Under the pieces are notes generated by a model. It was not told where the DNA came from. It saw only the letters and a program-made list of their open reading frames with translations, and searched no databases. A stretch of DNA of 64,000 nt from Intoshia linei. Taxonomy: Eukaryota > Animalia > Orthonectida. The stretch covers positions 1 to 64,000 of the forward strand of contig LWCA01000037.1 of assembly GCA_001642005.1 (NCBI GenBank), given 5' to 3'. Numbering within the stretch: the first letter of the stretch is position 1; each line of letters opens with the position of its first letter. Of the stretch, positions 63,305 to 64,000 are shown one piece after another. Position numbers and translations under genes: made by a program.

Positions 63305-64000
63305 TGAAGAAACTTTATTAAAATTATGATTTAATTCAAATTAATTACAAATATTGTTGGATAATCTTTACTACATACAAAAATTTTATCCAGGTCCAGA
63401 AACAATACTGGTTTATCGTCCTCGGTTCTAAACATTTTCAAAACATAATCTAATCAAAGTTATGTTTTAAATTCTCGTCAGAGTTTCGTTTGCTCTTATA
63501 TTAAATGCTTTATATTGTCAAAATTCCGTCATTTTTTGACTAACGTGTGCCATTGTGTATATAACATTAAAGAGCATCGTTTGATCTAAACATTTTCAAA
63601 GCATAATTTTATCAAAGTTATGTTTTAAATTCTCGTCAGAGCCTCGTCTGCTCGCTTTCGCGACCCAGGATGCACGACGTGGACGTGAGGTTGACTTGAC
63701 TTAACAATTGTAAGCCCTTGCACCTCTACGGAAACTGAAAAAAAAAAAAAAATCAGTTTCCGCTTCACTAAAAATATTACCTATTCGACAACTTCCTGAA
63801 CACACTGATGAATAAAATCCTGAAAGTTTTTGTAATGGGACAATTCCATCAAAATCTTTCCCAAATTCATCAACGTGTGATCTGAAAGGCTGCCATTAAA
63901 AGCCTTGACCATTATCAGATTCCTTGGCTAAAATTTCAATAAGATTAATAATTTAAAATATTTGCTTGATTTCTTCCGTTGCATTTTTTGTCATCTACCA

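Noticed and set aside
63780-64000. SDNG-containing minus-strand fragment suggesting a retroviral-type integrase
   Set aside because: Only one short motif amid stop codons at the window edge, which is insufficient to call.

Overview
AT-rich, gene-dense eukaryotic (metazoan) DNA with mostly very short (~33-45 nt) GT-AG introns, plus a few long introns filled with non-autonomous transposons. This architecture suggests a reduced parasitic invertebrate such as an orthonectid (inference only). By splicing exons by eye I can support 20 protein-coding genes: CNOT9, a C2H2 zinc-finger protein, PSMG3, UBE2I, UROS, a Snf7/ESCRT-III gene, ARPC3, an SLC16-like MFS transporter, SGTA, PI4KB, a RhoGEF, RPS18, CAMKMT, SART1, EI24, CBS, a CD225/dispanin, a lectin-like membrane protein, TIMMDC1-like, twinfilin and SCO. 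The most notable features are extreme gene packing and transposon structure. A Snf7 gene fills one UROS intron in antisense, the UROS last exon appears to overlap the UBE2I last coding exon, and CBS and the dispanin share overlapping stop codons. PI4KB appears to have a 16-kb intron holding five genes, but single-N joins and a split nested transposon indicate this is most likely a scaffolding error. Repeats include Buster-type hAT MITEs with nnnTAnnn TSDs, Tc1/mariner-type MITEs, Helitron-like ends, a MULE-like element and a ~30-bp minisatellite. No rRNA, intact tRNA or CRISPR was seen. All homology calls rest on my recall of family motifs, not on database searches.
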